From Octopus sinensis (lineage: Eukaryota): 64,000 bases of DNA. Shown one piece after another: positions 13,282 through 27,005 of this stretch. The notes beneath the pieces were generated by a model. It made no database searches. It was not told where the DNA came from and worked only from the letters and a program-made list of their open reading frames with translations. Each line of letters begins with the position of its first letter. Positions within the stretch are counted from its first letter, which is position 1. The translations under genes and the position numbers were made by a program. The stretch lies in the NCBI RefSeq assembly GCF_006345805.1, contig NC_042999.1, forward strand, positions 134,602,001-134,666,000, in the 5' to 3' direction.

Positions 13282-13779
13282 CTGTGATTGAGAAGGGTGA
13301 ATATGTTGTGAGAGGAAAAAAGGATGAACGGGGAAACGGAGGAAAGAAAGAAGGGAAGAGAGAGAGAGAGAGAGTGAATGTGTGTTTGTGTGTGAAAGAG
13401 AGAGTGAGAGAGAGATGTGAAACAGAGAGAAGATGAGAAAATAAGGTGAGTTAAAAAGCACGGGAAAAAAAGAAGGATGGATCAGAAAGGAAATAGAGAA
13501 GAGGAGAGAAGAGAGACGTGGTATGACAAGATGAAGGAACAAGAACGATTACGATAAAAAGAAAGAGAAAGAATACAACTGCAGAGGGTGACAGAGAAAG
13601 AGTGAGACAAGGAGACAATAGAGAAAGGGTGAATCGACAGAGAGAGGGCGTATGAGTAAGACCCCCTAGGCCGCCTATATTACTTGTGGTAAGTCTAACT
13701 TAGAGTACAAAGCATCGAAATGACATGGGGAAAGCAGTGGTGACGCAGAGTTGGGGATAATTGCAGTGATGAATTGTAT

Positions 13780-14932
13780 TGGTTGTGGTGGTGGTAGTGG
13801 TGTGGCGTTGAGGTAGTGTCAGTAATGATATATGGGGATAGTGTTGTTAGTGGTCCTGGTGGTAGTATTGACGGTAGTGGTTCGGTGGTAGTGGCTGCGG
13901 TGGTAGTGGCTTGGGGGGGGGGGCATAATGGTGGTTATGGTATTCGTGGCGGAGTTTGTTGAGACAGTAATGTATTCAATATGCAGCGATGGTGCTGATG
14001 GTAGCGGTGGAGGAGGAGGTGGTGTGGTGGTGGTGGAGGTAGTGGTGGTGGTGCTGTTGGTAGTGGTGGTGGTGGTGGCGGCGGCACTTTTGGTGATAGT
14101 GGTGATAACGATGACGATGACTACGATGGTGAAAATGACGAGGACGAGGACGATGATGATGATGATGAGGAGGAGGACAATGATGACGATGATGATGATG
14201 ATGATGGTGACGATGACGACGGTGATGAAGATGATGACGGTGACGACGATGAGGACGTTGATGATGATGATGAGGAGGAGGAGAAGGAGGAGAAGGAGGA
14301 GGAGGTGGACAATGATGACGATGATGCTGATGATGATGGTGACGATGACGACGGTGATGAAGATGATGACGTGACGACGACGAGGACGTTGATGATGATC
14401 ATGATGACGACGACGACGACGACGACCACCACCACCACCACCACCACCACCGCGACGGCAACGATTATGATGAACGATGTTGATCGTCGATGATTTAGTA
14501 ACTTTGGTCTATTACGTAAGTAAAGGAGTTGGTGGTCGAATGGTGGTGACGGTGATGTGTCGGTAGCAGTTGTGGTTGTAGTGATGGTCTGATGTGGCGG
14601 TTCTGCCGAAGTGTAAAGGTAGCGATGTGGTTCAGTGAGACTCTAGTAACGGTAGTGGATAGGTAACAATTTTGTGTGTGTGTGTGTGAGTGCGTGTGTG
14701 TGTGTGCACAGTGCAATGGTTCTGATATTAGTGAAGGTATTGTTGTAGTATGTAAGATTATGATGTTACTAGGGGGGGGGGTTGTGGTGATGGTAATGGT
14801 GGTGGTGGTGGTTACGGCGGTGGTGGTGGTGATGGTGCCGTAATAAACGGAAGCAGACTTGGTAGTTGGAATCTTATGATGGTATAGTCTTTAAGGTAAC
14901 GTTGGCCTCGCTGTAATTGCGGAAGCAGCAAC

Positions 14933-15002
<70 letters not shown>

Positions 15003-15230
15003 CAGCAGCAGCAGCACGAGTATTGGTGACCGTTCTGAAAGTGGTGGAGGTGGTAGTAGTGATGATGGTGGTGATAGCGGTGGTTGTTGTTGTTGTTGTG
15101 TGGTGGTGGTGGTGGTGGTGGTGGTGGTGATGATGATGATGATGGTGCTGGTGGTGTGGTGGTGGTGGTGATGATGATGATGATGGTAGTGGTGGTGGTG
15201 GTGGTGGTGGTGGTGGTAATGATGGCGGTG
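13780..15230. repeat. Compound trinucleotide region (GGT, GAT, GAC, AGT) with an internal ~130-bp duplication
   Basis: Direct reading; gacaatgatgacgatgatg..ggtgatgaagatgatgacg..gaggacgttgatgatg occurs near 14176 and 14308. Confidence 0.9.
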
Positions 15231-15322
15231 GTCTTCACACGACTCTTGTTAACCATCGTAAAATTTAGTGGATATGACAGCTGATGGACAGCAGGACACA
15301 CAGACATTCGTATAAATCTTAC

Positions 15323-15419
15323 CCTCAGGTACTCTGTGACAGCCACCCACAGACATCGCTTATCTCTGACTGCTCGCCCTCTGGCGCTGCACTCCATGGC
15401 TGCTGTTTACAGGGTTCTC
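15323..15419 (-). other. Candidate 97-bp exon with in-context ATG
   Basis: Minus strand ttgtgtttag|GAGAACC...CTGAGG|gtaaga. gcagccATGg at 15397 gives MECSARGRAVRDKRCLWVAVTEYLR ending in phase 0 at the donor. GC-richer unique island between microsatellites. Confidence 0.35.
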
Positions 15420-15539
15420 CTAAACACAATCGTACCCTTGGGAATGCAAATCCACACACGTACACGCACACACAACACACACACATACACGGACGGATAT
15501 ACAAACTAACACTCATATATACAGAATAATGCATACATA

Positions 15540-15545
15540 AATACA

Positions 15546-15579
<34 letters not shown>

Positions 15580-16400
15580 GTAAACAAACATATACGTAGA
15601 GACACATAAAACTCAGAGACAGGTTTACGCAACTATATTTAGATATACATGCATACATACATACATACATACATACATACATACATACATACATACACAC
15701 CCCACACATACACATACATACATACATACACACATACATACAACATACATACATAAAAACAAACATAAAACATACATACAAACAACATACATACATACAT
15801 ACATACATACATACATAAGGATACATACATGCATATATATATACATACATCTATGTATACAATATATGCATACACACGTACATATAAGTATGCATACATA
15901 CATACATCAATACATACATATATATGCCCACACATGCACTAGCCATACGCTAACCTCTACACGCATATCCACTTATTAACACGCACATATACACTCAACA
16001 TCTATACATACATAGTAACATTTACACACTAATACATACAGGCCCACACGCACACACGCGCTTACACACATATACACACACAACGATGCACATTCATATA
16101 AATGCTGACAGTGTCTAGGTGTGAGACAACATGCAGGTTTAATGAGTGCAGATTAGATTAATAAATTCAACAACAATAACGACAAAGGTGTTTTGCAGGA
16201 TTTTTCAGTAATCGGAATGTAATTGAATTTTGTGTGTATGTGCGTATATAATATATACACATACACATACACACACACATACACACACACGCACATACGT
16301 ATGTATGTATGTATGTATGTATGTATGTATGTATGTATGTATGTATGTATGTATGTATGTACGTTTGTATGTATGTCTGTATGCATCTATGTATGTGTGT
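15540..16400. repeat. (CA)n, (TACA)n and (TATG)n microsatellite field
   Basis: Direct reading. Confidence 0.9.
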
Positions 16401-16477
16401 ATGTACATACGCGAATTTGTCTGTGTAAGTATGTTAGTGCGAACACGCTATCTTAAAGGTAGCAATAGTGGATGAAA

Positions 16478-16755
16478 GCGAGCTGACAGAATCGTTAGTA
16501 TGCCGGTCAAAATGCTTGGAAGCATATCGGCATTTCACCTGTCTTATTATTTAGCATTAAGTCGGCAAGCTGGTAGAATCGCTTAGCGGCATTTCTTCCG
16601 ACGTTCCGTTCTGAGCTCAAATTCTGCCGGGATCGACTTTGCCTTACATCCTTTCGGACTCGACAAAATAGTTACCAGTTGAGCACTAGAGTCGATTAAA
16701 TCGACTCAGCATCTCCCTCAAAATTGCTGGCCTTGTGCCAAAATTTGAAGTCGAT
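16478..16755 (+). mobile_element. SINE family A (head fragment plus near-complete copy)
   Basis: gcgagctgacagaatcgttag; gcaagctggtagaatcg..gactttgccttacatcctttcggactcgac..tgctggccttgtgccaaaatttgaa. Confidence 0.85.
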
Positions 16756-17019
16756 ATTTGTCGTTAGCAAATTTCCACCACCGCTTTCCTGTCGCCATGC
16801 AATCATTTTGTTTTCCCCTTAATGGTATTTCAGTTCCAAAGGATTTCTGAAACTACTGCCCCTTCGCATTTGGAGTTGTTTTACCTGTTCTGGAAGCGAA
16901 AAGTATTTCAATAAAACAAAAATCTACCTTGTATGATATCTCATACACATTTGTTCGTTTCCCTCTGCCTTTCTTTTCTCTTCCTTGCGCTCTTTTGTAC
17001 GTGTGCATGTGGTGTGTGT

Positions 17020-17060
<41 letters not shown>

Positions 17061-17079
17061 TATATATATAATGCATATA

Positions 17080-17390
17080 TTGGATGGAAGCGCCATCCAC
17101 AACCAAAATGCAAATATATGGAACTACACCTTTGTCATCTCTTGTGAAGGTAGGAGAGTCCAGTTTGCTGGACATTGTTGTAGAGCTGAAAAGACGTATT
17201 TCTACTCTTCTCCTCTGGAAGCCATCTACTCGCAATACCAGAGGGCGCACACTCTCCTACCCTGATGTAATCTCCAGGGATACAGGCATCCAGCAACAGG
17301 GCCTCCGTAATGCCATGATGGACCGTGAAGTCTGGCGTAGCATGGTAAATTCCATTGTCTCGACCACGGTCGAACAATGATGATGATGAT
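17080..17390 (+). mobile_element. RTE-clade LINE 3' end
   Basis: Frameshifted translation RRVQFAGHCCRAE..LLLWKP..RGRTLSYPDVISRDTG..MMDREVWRSMV fits the RTE ORF C-terminus; (TGA)n tail follows the stop. Confidence 0.85.
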
Positions 17391-18282
17391 GCCCACAAAT
17401 ATGTGCACACTTGTATATATATATATGCATACATATAAAGATGGATAAAGATATATAAAATATCATACAACATAAATTCATGACTTATTGAAGTTTTTTA
17501 TTGTTATTTTATTTATTTATTTATTTATTGCGAGAGAGAAGAAAAATAAAACACGGTTGGCAATTGTGGTCAACTCCAAATTCGCAGCAGAGATAATCTA
17601 AAAACAAAATCTAAACAAAAGATTTTTCAAAATTTACCTGTCATTAAAGAAAGATAATTGGATTGTCAGGAGACAATTAAACAACTCTGCGTGTTTCTAC
17701 CTCAGTAGGCGTTATCAGTACAACAGCTGTCCTATATTGAATCCTGCAGACAAGTTGGCTGAGACATGTAAAAAGAGTATAAAATATGTGAAGAACATCT
17801 TGTTTGCACTATCCAAGACACTGAGCCTTTTCTTAATCATTCCACTCTCTTCAGTTGTGCATAATTTTCATCTACTGCAGTTTCTATTGTATGGCTTATT
17901 CAATGATATTTTGCTTTATGCTGACATCCTGTACGTCTGTCACTGAGATTTCATGGGCTTTTCGTTTTGCTTGTTTTTTGTTTTTGTTGTGTTTTTACCC
18001 CTTAGATTTCAATAAATCTGTGACGGAGTTAAGCCTTTATTAACGTCACAGGGCGTATCTTTGTCCATCTGTTCGAAACATTTATTCATCCGGAACTCAA
18101 TTACTAATCTGAAATTTGTCGAAGTTATGATCAAAGTTTATGGAGAACAAATAAACTGAAAGAATGAATCAGAAATATACCCATATCTTACGCATCCTAC
18201 TGCGATATCTAGCCAATTCAGCGACTATTCATCTCATCAGGTAGATAAGACAGAATCCCATGAAACAGTAACATATATATAT

Positions 18283-18314
<32 letters not shown>

Positions 18315-18589
18315 ATATGTATGTATGTAAGTATGTATGTATGCATGTATGTATGTATGTATGTATGTATGTATGTTTTGCAAACAACTTGTACATACAA
18401 GTGCTACCAGTCGAAAGCTCCGCATACCGGAAGCCAGCAAGTGTATGGGGTCATCAGGAGAGAATGTGCGCCGTTTCGGGGCCTACCCCTCGACCGCATC
18501 ATTGAGCACCGGTTCCGCTCACTGAAATAAGGTCCTGCTTGGTAGATCAACTGATTATCAGATATAGCTCAATATTCTTCTAGCCATCG

Positions 18590-19420
18590 CTCATCAACTC
18601 TTTTTAACCAAATCCAGTGGCTTGTCTTTTCCACTGTAGTTTGGATATCACTCGTGGTGGTGTTTGCTTATTTGCTTTACGATGAGTTAGGCCTAATGAT
18701 AACAACAGTCACCTCACACTGCGCCCAACGAATCCTCTATATCCAACTTCGATTGGAAAATGCTCCGCTTTCCAGCTTGCGTCTTCACATTGTTCGAGGT
18801 TTACATGACGGTCAATCTATCGAACACTAGCGGCGTCCATGTTATCTTCATGAGGAACTGTTAACTCGACTAGATTTACTACTTTTTTCTTTCACACCAT
18901 ATTATGATATTCGGTTTCTTCGTAACTAGGATGGGAAAGAATTCTTGGCTTCTTGGTAAATCTGCAGTCACCTCCCAATAGCCGTTCCACTTTGCATCGT
19001 TCACAGGAAGTTTCTTCTTCTTGAAACGAATCTGCTGTCCTGGATGCACGAAGGTAATGAAATCTCTGGTTGGCTCTTTCAATGGGTTTTGGCCACTTTT
19101 GATGAGAGCAATCTGGCTCTTTATAACATTGAAGATAACCACAAGGACCAGATTGTATTTACATGTATATCTATTCAATGCCAGTGAAGAATATGTTTCA
19201 GTAATCCGACTTTTTCGCATCTTCATATATCATTTTCTGAGCCATTCCATCTTGCTAGATTTGTAGGTGATGGCAAGACATAGTAGCATGAACGAATCAG
19301 AAAATTTAGTTGTGATGTAGTCCACCTCCATATCTCATTCCAACTTATTTTTCTCTCATCATCATATTCCCACCATTTCGTCATCTGTCCTCGCTGAGCG
19401 CATTGGATCAAATGACGATC
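18590..19420 (-). mobile_element. HERO-like non-LTR retrotransposon fragment (restriction-like endonuclease region)
   Basis: ISWNEIWRW..LNFLIRSCYYVLPSPTNLARW, ALNRYT..NLVL, KKPNIIIW..LVELTVPHEDN and FPIEVGYRGF motifs of RLE-type elements; disrupted. Confidence 0.8.
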
Positions 19421-19550
19421 TCTTCTCTCTGTTTCCCTCGCTTTGATTCTGTTGCTAACAACAGACATGCGTTAGCTCTCCCAATAAATACATACATACA
19501 TGCATACATGTGTGTGTATATATACATACATACATACATACATACATACA

Positions 19551-19581
<31 letters not shown>

Positions 19582-19869
19582 GTATGTAGGTATGTAAGTA
19601 TATATATATATATATATATACTACTAGGTGAAATTTGTTGAGTTTATTATATTATCTTTCACCCTATATCTGTAATGATTATATATATATATATATATAT
19701 AATATATATATATATATAATATTATATATATAATACAGATTTATATATACATACATATATATATATATATATATCTATATATATACATACATACATATAT
19801 ACATGTATGTATATATATGTATATACATACATACATACATACATCTGTGTGTGTGTGTGTGCGCGAGGA

Positions 19870-20260
19870 CATTTATGAGGAATCTCATAAGTGCTACTGG
19901 TTACATGGAATCCAGCATAACCTGTTGCATGGTCGGGTGGTCGGCGACTAAACTGGCACTCCCACTAAGCTTGTCTTTTGAGGAGTGTTGCAAGAAACCC
20001 AGCAAGACTGAAAATAAGATCTGTCAAAAGGATAGATTAACGTAAATTATGTTCATCGACCATCCTGAAATAGCACGGGCCCTCAGAAATTCTGGTATCC
20101 AGCGTGCTGGAAGACCATGTGGAGTAATGCGCCCCTTAGCTTTTGTTAAAACGTATTTTTAAGAGAAGGTGACTCTTATATAAAACCAGATATGCAGGTA
20201 TGTAACATGTGACCCATAATGACACTGGATATATTGCACTGGCCTTCTTAGGATCATGTC
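19870..20260 (+). mobile_element. Diverged copy of the dispersed repeat at 54056 and 55710 (possible LINE 5' UTR)
   Basis: agtgctactggttacatg..acctgttgcatggtcgggtggtcggcgactaaac is shared with the 54072-54140 region. Confidence 0.6.
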
Positions 20261-20444
20261 AGTAGGATGGAGAGGGTCTGTGGGATGCTGTGCAAGTCTT
20301 ATTGTACTTAAAATTTGAAGGGTTCACTCGCCGGTGAGCGAGGCATAGGAAGGCGTCGCGATGAGTATAAAAACCGCGGACGCGAACCCGGTGAAGCCGG
20401 TTGCTAGTGTAAAAACCCCATGCACGAGCATTGCTAGCTTTTGC

Positions 20445-20580
20445 CCGTAACTTAGCGGTTCGGCAAATGAGACCGATAAAATAAGTACTAGGCTTACAAA
20501 GAATAAATCCTGAAGGCGGTGCTTCAGCATGGCCACAGTCAAATGACTGAAACAAGTAAAAGGGTAAAAGAGTAAGAGTA
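20445..20580 (+). mobile_element. SINE family B, 3' part
   Basis: ccgtaacttagcggttcggcaaa..ggcggtgcttcagcatggccacagtcaaatgactgaaacaagtaaaag. Confidence 0.85.
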
Positions 20581-20589
20581 TATATATAT

Positions 20590-20674
<85 letters not shown>

Positions 20675-20816
20675 ATATATATATATATGTTATGTATGTA
20701 TGTGTGTATGTATTTTTGTATGTATGTATGCATGTATGTATACATACACGTGTATATAGACCATATAGAGAGACATAGACGGACAAGCAGACAAACAGAC
20801 ACACACACACACACAG

Positions 20817-20920
20817 ACGGACGGACGGACAGACGGATGGATGGATGGATGGATGGATGGATGGATGGATGGATGGATGGATGGACGGATGGATGGATGG
20901 ACGGGTGGATGGATGGACGG

Positions 20921-20956
<36 letters not shown>

Positions 20957-20975
20957 ATGGATGGATGGATGGATA
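20817..20975. repeat. (GGAT)n/(GGAC)n microsatellite
   Basis: Direct reading. Confidence 0.95.
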
Positions 20976-21566
20976 GACAGAATCAATTTGTCTATTTTTA
21001 TATGCACCCAATTACTCACGAAATTAGTCAAACAGCCACCTCCTTACTCTCCACCCAAATGGAAAAAAAATCAACAATGTTATTTCACCCACACCCGTCT
21101 TTATCCACACTGCAGCTTATGATTGTTTTCATTGCATTGTACCCAATGATCCCAGATTGAAATCTCTCTAATACGTTAATCCATCCGTTTATCATACTAA
21201 GCTGAGAGATTATCTTCTCGGATTTTAGTGTCTGCCTGTACACCCAATCCTTCCTCGTTTTTTTGTTTTTTTTTCTGTTGGCACGAAACTTCGACGGTGC
21301 AATTAAGACTATCAACGTTTGTTTATACAACATAGATAATCACACGTCTATGTTGTATAAGCGCCATTGTGTTTCCGTAGCATCTTCACCCTCATCTTTC
21401 ATTCTGGTTAACTCTGTCAAATTCCATTCATTCTCTTTATCTCGTACTCTCTCTATCTCTCTCTTCACCCTTCCCCTTGTCCACCTGTATACTTGCCTGT
21501 GGCTGTTTATCTCTTTATTTATTTGTTTACTTTCCCCCTTATCTTCCTTTGTTGTTATTTCCTTCC

Positions 21567-21567
<1 letters not shown>

Positions 21568-21614
<47 letters not shown>

Positions 21615-21824
21615 ATCTATCTATCTATCTATCTATCTGTCTGTCTGTCTATCTGTCTATTTATCTATCTGTTTGTCTGTCTGTCTATTTATCTATCTAT
21701 CTGTCTGCCTGCCTGCTTGCCTGTCTGTCTGTTTATCTATCTATCTATTTATCTGTCTGTATGTCAGTCTGTCTGTTTATCTGTTTGTCTGTTTGTTTAC
21801 CTGTCTGTCTATCAATCTGTCTGT

Positions 21825-21917
<93 letters not shown>
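21568..21917. repeat. (TCTA)n/(TCTG)n microsatellite
   Basis: Direct reading. Confidence 0.95.
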
Positions 21918-22547
21918 ACAACAAAAAACTTAAGAAAAAATTAATCTTAATCAAGACCTCATTGAGACCTAATTTCTTAACTGTTCCTCTTTGATGGGTC
22001 ATTTTCCATCGATTCGCTGTGTAGGATTTTCCTTTGTTGGGAAATATGTCGTGCGTATACAATAAAGAATCTAATATAAATTTTAAAACAACAAAAAAAT
22101 GCATTTGCATGCAATTTGCATTTATATAACTAGTTTGTGCAGAATCTCCAATGATCTCTTGAGGAGCCCTAAGGTTACAGAGAACATTGGTTGAGAAAAC
22201 ATTGCATTAAATAACGGTATCATAAAAATATGAAACAAAAAAGACAGGGATCATCTTTGATCACTGCTCTACTCTATCAGGTGTGATGAGAGGTTGATAA
22301 CAACCACGATAACAGCCTTTCTACGAAAGCTCAAAATTAAACTAATGTTGTATCTGTGGTGTGTATGTTTATGTTGCATATGTTAAGGTTGGATGAAATG
22401 CCTGATATTGTTGGTTGATGTTTGAGATGATAGTGATAGAACAATAAAGTTGAAGTGTATATGATGTGGTAGTCACATACTCCCAGGACAGTCATACGCC
22501 ATTTTAAGAAAGCGAACTCACATGGTATTTCATTAGAAAACATCACC

Positions 22548-22906
22548 AGGTGTAGGCTATGTGGTGAGAAGCTTGCTTCCCAACCGTATGGTTCTGGGTT
22601 CAGTTCCACTGCGTTCCTCCTTGGGCAAGTGTCTTCTACTATTGTCTCAGGCCAACCAAAGCCTTTTGAGTGGGTTTGGTAGACGGAAACTGAAAGAAAC
22701 GTGTCGTATATGTGTGTGCGTGCGCGCTTGTACTTCGTTGTGAATGTGTTTGTACTTCACCACTGCTTGACAACTAGTTTTGTCCTCGTAACTTAGCATT
22801 TCAGCAAAAGAACTGATAGAATAAGTATTAGGCTTTACAAAAAAAAAAATAATTACTGAGGGACAAGGTCGATAAATTGGGCTAAAACTTTTGAAGTCGG
22901 TGCCCA
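22548..22906 (+). mobile_element. SINE family B
   Basis: ggctatgtggtgagaagcttgcttcccaacc..ccttgggcaagtgtcttctact..ggtagacggaaactgaaagaa. Confidence 0.85.
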
Positions 22907-23816
22907 AATAAAAGATAAAATATTTAAGTTAATTACAAACCTAATATTTCGCTAAGCATTATACCTGATTTGTATATGAATGGATTAATTCTGTCCGTCT
23001 CTACTGTTGTTGCTCAAAGCTGGCCACTGCTACGGTGCTGAGCACCAGGCCATATTGGTTTTGGAGACTTCCGCATCCTGACAGAGGATAAAGACGTCTC
23101 CGTTACGTTGACGCTGTTGTTAGAGAAACATGAAACTGAGGACGTACCCAAGAAATTCCTGGTGTTGCATGGCGAAACACATCTTGGTTGCGGCCGCTTG
23201 AAGAAGAAAGCAGTACGTATTTAAACTTATTGAAAATATATATTTATGGGGATTAGAGTATATATTTGTAGGGATTAGAATATGAATAGGATATTGTGTT
23301 ATCAGAGAGCAGAAGCATCATTGTTGATACACCAAGTTCCAACATATTTCCCTAGACTAAACCCTCGCCTTGTTTTAGTAATTTCCTTAATAATATAACT
23401 ATGGAGGACACTAATCCACGTTAATATCTCAAAAGAGGAACGCGTTGGCATAGTATAACAAAATACGGATAATAAAGAACTGGGTAAAATAAGCTTCTGC
23501 TTGATTTAAAGAATATTTTGCGTTTAATTTTAATTTTTGAAATAAGTGAAGGGACTTGTGAAAAGTTTTGCTGCGTCTAGGGAGAGTTTTTATGCCGATA
23601 TTATTGACACACGCATTGGTTTACTTCCTCTCATTTATTATTAGTCAGTTGGTTAAATATTCAAATCGAGTGTTTGTTTAACTTGGTTAATTTGTAAGTC
23701 GTTTGTTTTTGTTTATTTGTTTGTTTGTTTGTTCTGTCAAAGCTTTTTCGTTGCTGTTTTCAACCTTTTCAATGACTTTTCTCTTCGTCCACGACGCATT
23801 CGTCTGTCTGATATTT

Positions 23817-23819
23817 TGT

Positions 23820-23894
<75 letters not shown>

Positions 23895-23910
23895 TGTGTG
23901 TGTGTGTGTG
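23817..23910. repeat. (TG)n microsatellite
   Basis: Direct reading. Confidence 0.95.
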
Positions 23911-24897
23911 CCTGCGTAAAGTGCTGTTCAATAATATGTAGGGACTGATGTACAAAAAGTGGAGCACAATTCCAGTAAGCTCACAGGATAAAACATTGCA
24001 AAATAAAAAAAAAAGTGGCGGCTTTCGCTTAAAAGTCATCAGCGACTGTTTTTCCGTCGATGGAGCAGAATTATGTCAGGTCACTGAAGTGCGATAAAAA
24101 TGTTGAAATCTCAAGGAATAAACGAAAAGATTTTGTGCATTCTCAAATAATTAAAATGCTTTTTTCGTTGTGTAACAACTGGTTCAATGAATGAATAAAT
24201 AAATAAATCAATAAACTAATTAATTAATTAAGTTGGGAATCTGAAAGTTTATGTACCAGAAAATGTCGAGAAAATGTTCTGAGGCATTAACGAAGCTTAA
24301 TTACATCTAGAAGCATTCACCAGTGTCAGTGATTGAATATGCCACTCCAAAAGAATTATAACTACTCATATTAACTTTTGAGTATTGTTATCAACAGACA
24401 GTATAGACGAAAGGGACACCTGGCCCCTTGCAATTAGGTGAACTATGCAGCAGGTGGTAGTGATAAGCCGGACGAGGGATTAACGCATTTATAGACCTAA
24501 TGTGTGTAGACTATGAAAACAACATTAAAACAGTTGGTAAAGTAAACAGATTAGGATTTTGAGTTAAATCCAGGGGTAGCGAAAATCGTATATTAGGCGA
24601 AACTTTAGAGTAATAAGCACACGCACTGGTTCAGTTTCACTTCTCAGTCAATTGATTAATTATTAAACCATCATACTAATCGATTATTTGTTTAAACAGT
24701 CGCGGTTGCGTTCGTATGAGTTGGAACGTATTAAGAGTAAATATGCATGCCAACGTTTTGATTTTCATTTTACAACGTGTAAATAACGATTTATGTTCAA
24801 CAATAATTAATCGTAAACTGAAAAAAAATGAAAAAGAAAATAAAAATCTTGGAACTTGTCCCAATGTGAATAAGATAAATATAAAAGATACATTGGT

Positions 24898-25106
24898 CTG
24901 AAATTCGGGCACAAGGCCAGAAAGTTCAGGGCAGCGGTTGAGTCTGTTACATTGACCCAGTGCTCAACTGGTACTCATTTTACGACACCAAAAGTATGAA
25001 AGACAAAGTCGATCTCGGCGGAAATTGACCTCAGAACGTAAAGATGGACAAAATGCTGCTAAGCAGTTTGCTCTCACTGCTAACAACTCTGCCAGCTCGC
25101 CACCTT
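24898..25106 (-). mobile_element. SINE family A
   Basis: Reverse complement of the family A head (gccagctcgccacctt) and tail (ggcacaaggccag). Confidence 0.85.
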
Positions 25107-25487
25107 AGCAGAAAAAAAAATTACAAGGTGGGCACTTGAAGATTCAGCGATCTATAAACATTCTTGTTTCTACTTTGATGTTTAAATTTCTAACTCTTCG
25201 TAATAATGTTTCTATACATTAAAGATAATGATTGTCTTCAGTTTCGTTACAGAATTCCTTTAAAAGTTCTTCAAATGAGTAACACGAGTGCTTGTTTTAT
25301 AGTGTTAAATATTTCGATTATTTCATCTACGTCATACAACAAAGTTGTTCAAAGCTTCAACCTCGAACACATATCTCAACAAACAAAATACTAAAGATAA
25401 CTTTTGGTAGTATCAAATGTTCTGTACTAGTTCACGTAGAAAGCAAATTATTGAATACATAAATCTATGCATCATTTTGTTACGCTA

Positions 25488-26199
25488 TTCTTTTATTCTT
25501 TTATTTGTTTCAGTCATTTGACTGCAGCCATGCTGGAGCACCGCCTCGAAAGATTTTAGTCGAACAATACGACCCCAGGACTTATTATTTTAAATCCTAA
25601 TACTTATTCTATTGCTCTCTTTTGTCGAGCCTCTAAGTTACGGGGACGTAAACACACCAACACCGGTTGTCAAGCGGCGATGGAGGGACAAACCCAGACA
25701 CAGAAACACACACACATAAATACATACATTATTATTATATATATAAGACGGGCTTCTTTCAGTTTCCGTCTACCGAATCCACTCAGGTTTCATACTGCCA
25801 AATGTTATCTGTATTATTCTGCTGGTCGACCGAGGCTATAATAGAAAACACTTGCCCAACGTACCGGAACAATATAGTTAGGAAGCAAGCTTCTTACTAC
25901 ACATGCACCTATAAACTCTATGTGCCTATAAACTCTATATTTTACTTGTTTCTATCATTGGCCTGCAGTCATGTTGGAGCACCACCTTGAAGTGTTTAAG
26001 TCAAACAAATGGACACCTAGTGATATTCTTTTTTAAACCTAATACTTATTGTATTGGCTCACTTTTGCCAAACCGTTAAGTTACGGAACTGTAAACAAAC
26101 CAAGGTAGTTGTAAAACGGCATGAGAGACAAACACAAATACAGACACACACATACACACAAGCATACATATTTACACACATATATACATACATACATGC

Positions 26200-26254
<55 letters not shown>

Positions 26255-26293
26255 CATGCATACATACACGCACGTACGCATGCGCACACGCAA

Positions 26294-26339
<46 letters not shown>

Positions 26340-26456
26340 GGGCTTCTTTCAGTTTCCGTCCACGAAATCCACAAGCAGCGCAGTGGAACTGAAACCAAGA
26401 CCACACCACGTGAATTGGAAACAAGGTTTACAACCACACACCCACGCTTGCACCTA
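25488..26456 (-). mobile_element. Two tandem SINE family B copies (about 25488-25910 and 25940-26456)
   Basis: Each starts with the reverse-complement tail (cagtcatttgactgcagccatgctggagcacc) and contains gggcttctttcagtttccgtc. Confidence 0.85.
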
Positions 26457-26839
26457 TATTGTAAAGCGATCGCAGGAACATTCATCTTTATTTACAAGCT
26501 GAGATACACTATTGCCATGCGTAACCATTTAAAGGGGGAAGCGATTAACTCTGATGTATTACACATTGAAATTTATTAATATGTACCGAATGAAACATGA
26601 TAGATATGAAATTTAATTCGGCGAAATATCCATTTTAAGAGCCTGTGTAAATTCATCCAGTGCAAGCCAAGGAAAAATTAGCGGGGCAGGACATTTCTGT
26701 ACAGGGACGAAACTCTTAGCAGAGTTGTCTCCCTTACAACTGAGTTGTCCCCCTTATAATCTGATTTCAAGAGAATCAGTATTGTTGAGATGTATTTTTG
26801 CGCACGCAATGAAATGTGAATGTTAGTATCTTGAATGTA

Positions 26840-26874
<35 letters not shown>

Positions 26875-26879
26875 AAACA

Positions 26880-27005
26880 CTAGGCTTTAAAAATGTCTTG
26901 GTGGCGGAGGGGGCGGTGATTTGTTCGGCTAAAACCCTTCAAGGTGGTGCCCCAGTTTGGTCACAGTCAAATAACTGAAATATGTAAAACATAAAAATTA
27001 AAAGA
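26880..27005 (+). mobile_element. SINE family B tail
   Basis: ctaaaacccttcaaggtggtgccccagtttggtcacagtcaaataactgaaa. Confidence 0.7.

Noticed and set aside
14005-14493. Stop-free Gly- then Asp/Glu-rich frame resembling acidic mollusc matrix proteins
   Set aside because: No ATG start for the acidic stretch, no signal peptide and no clear acceptor; explained by GGT/GAT repeat expansion, with other frames also open.
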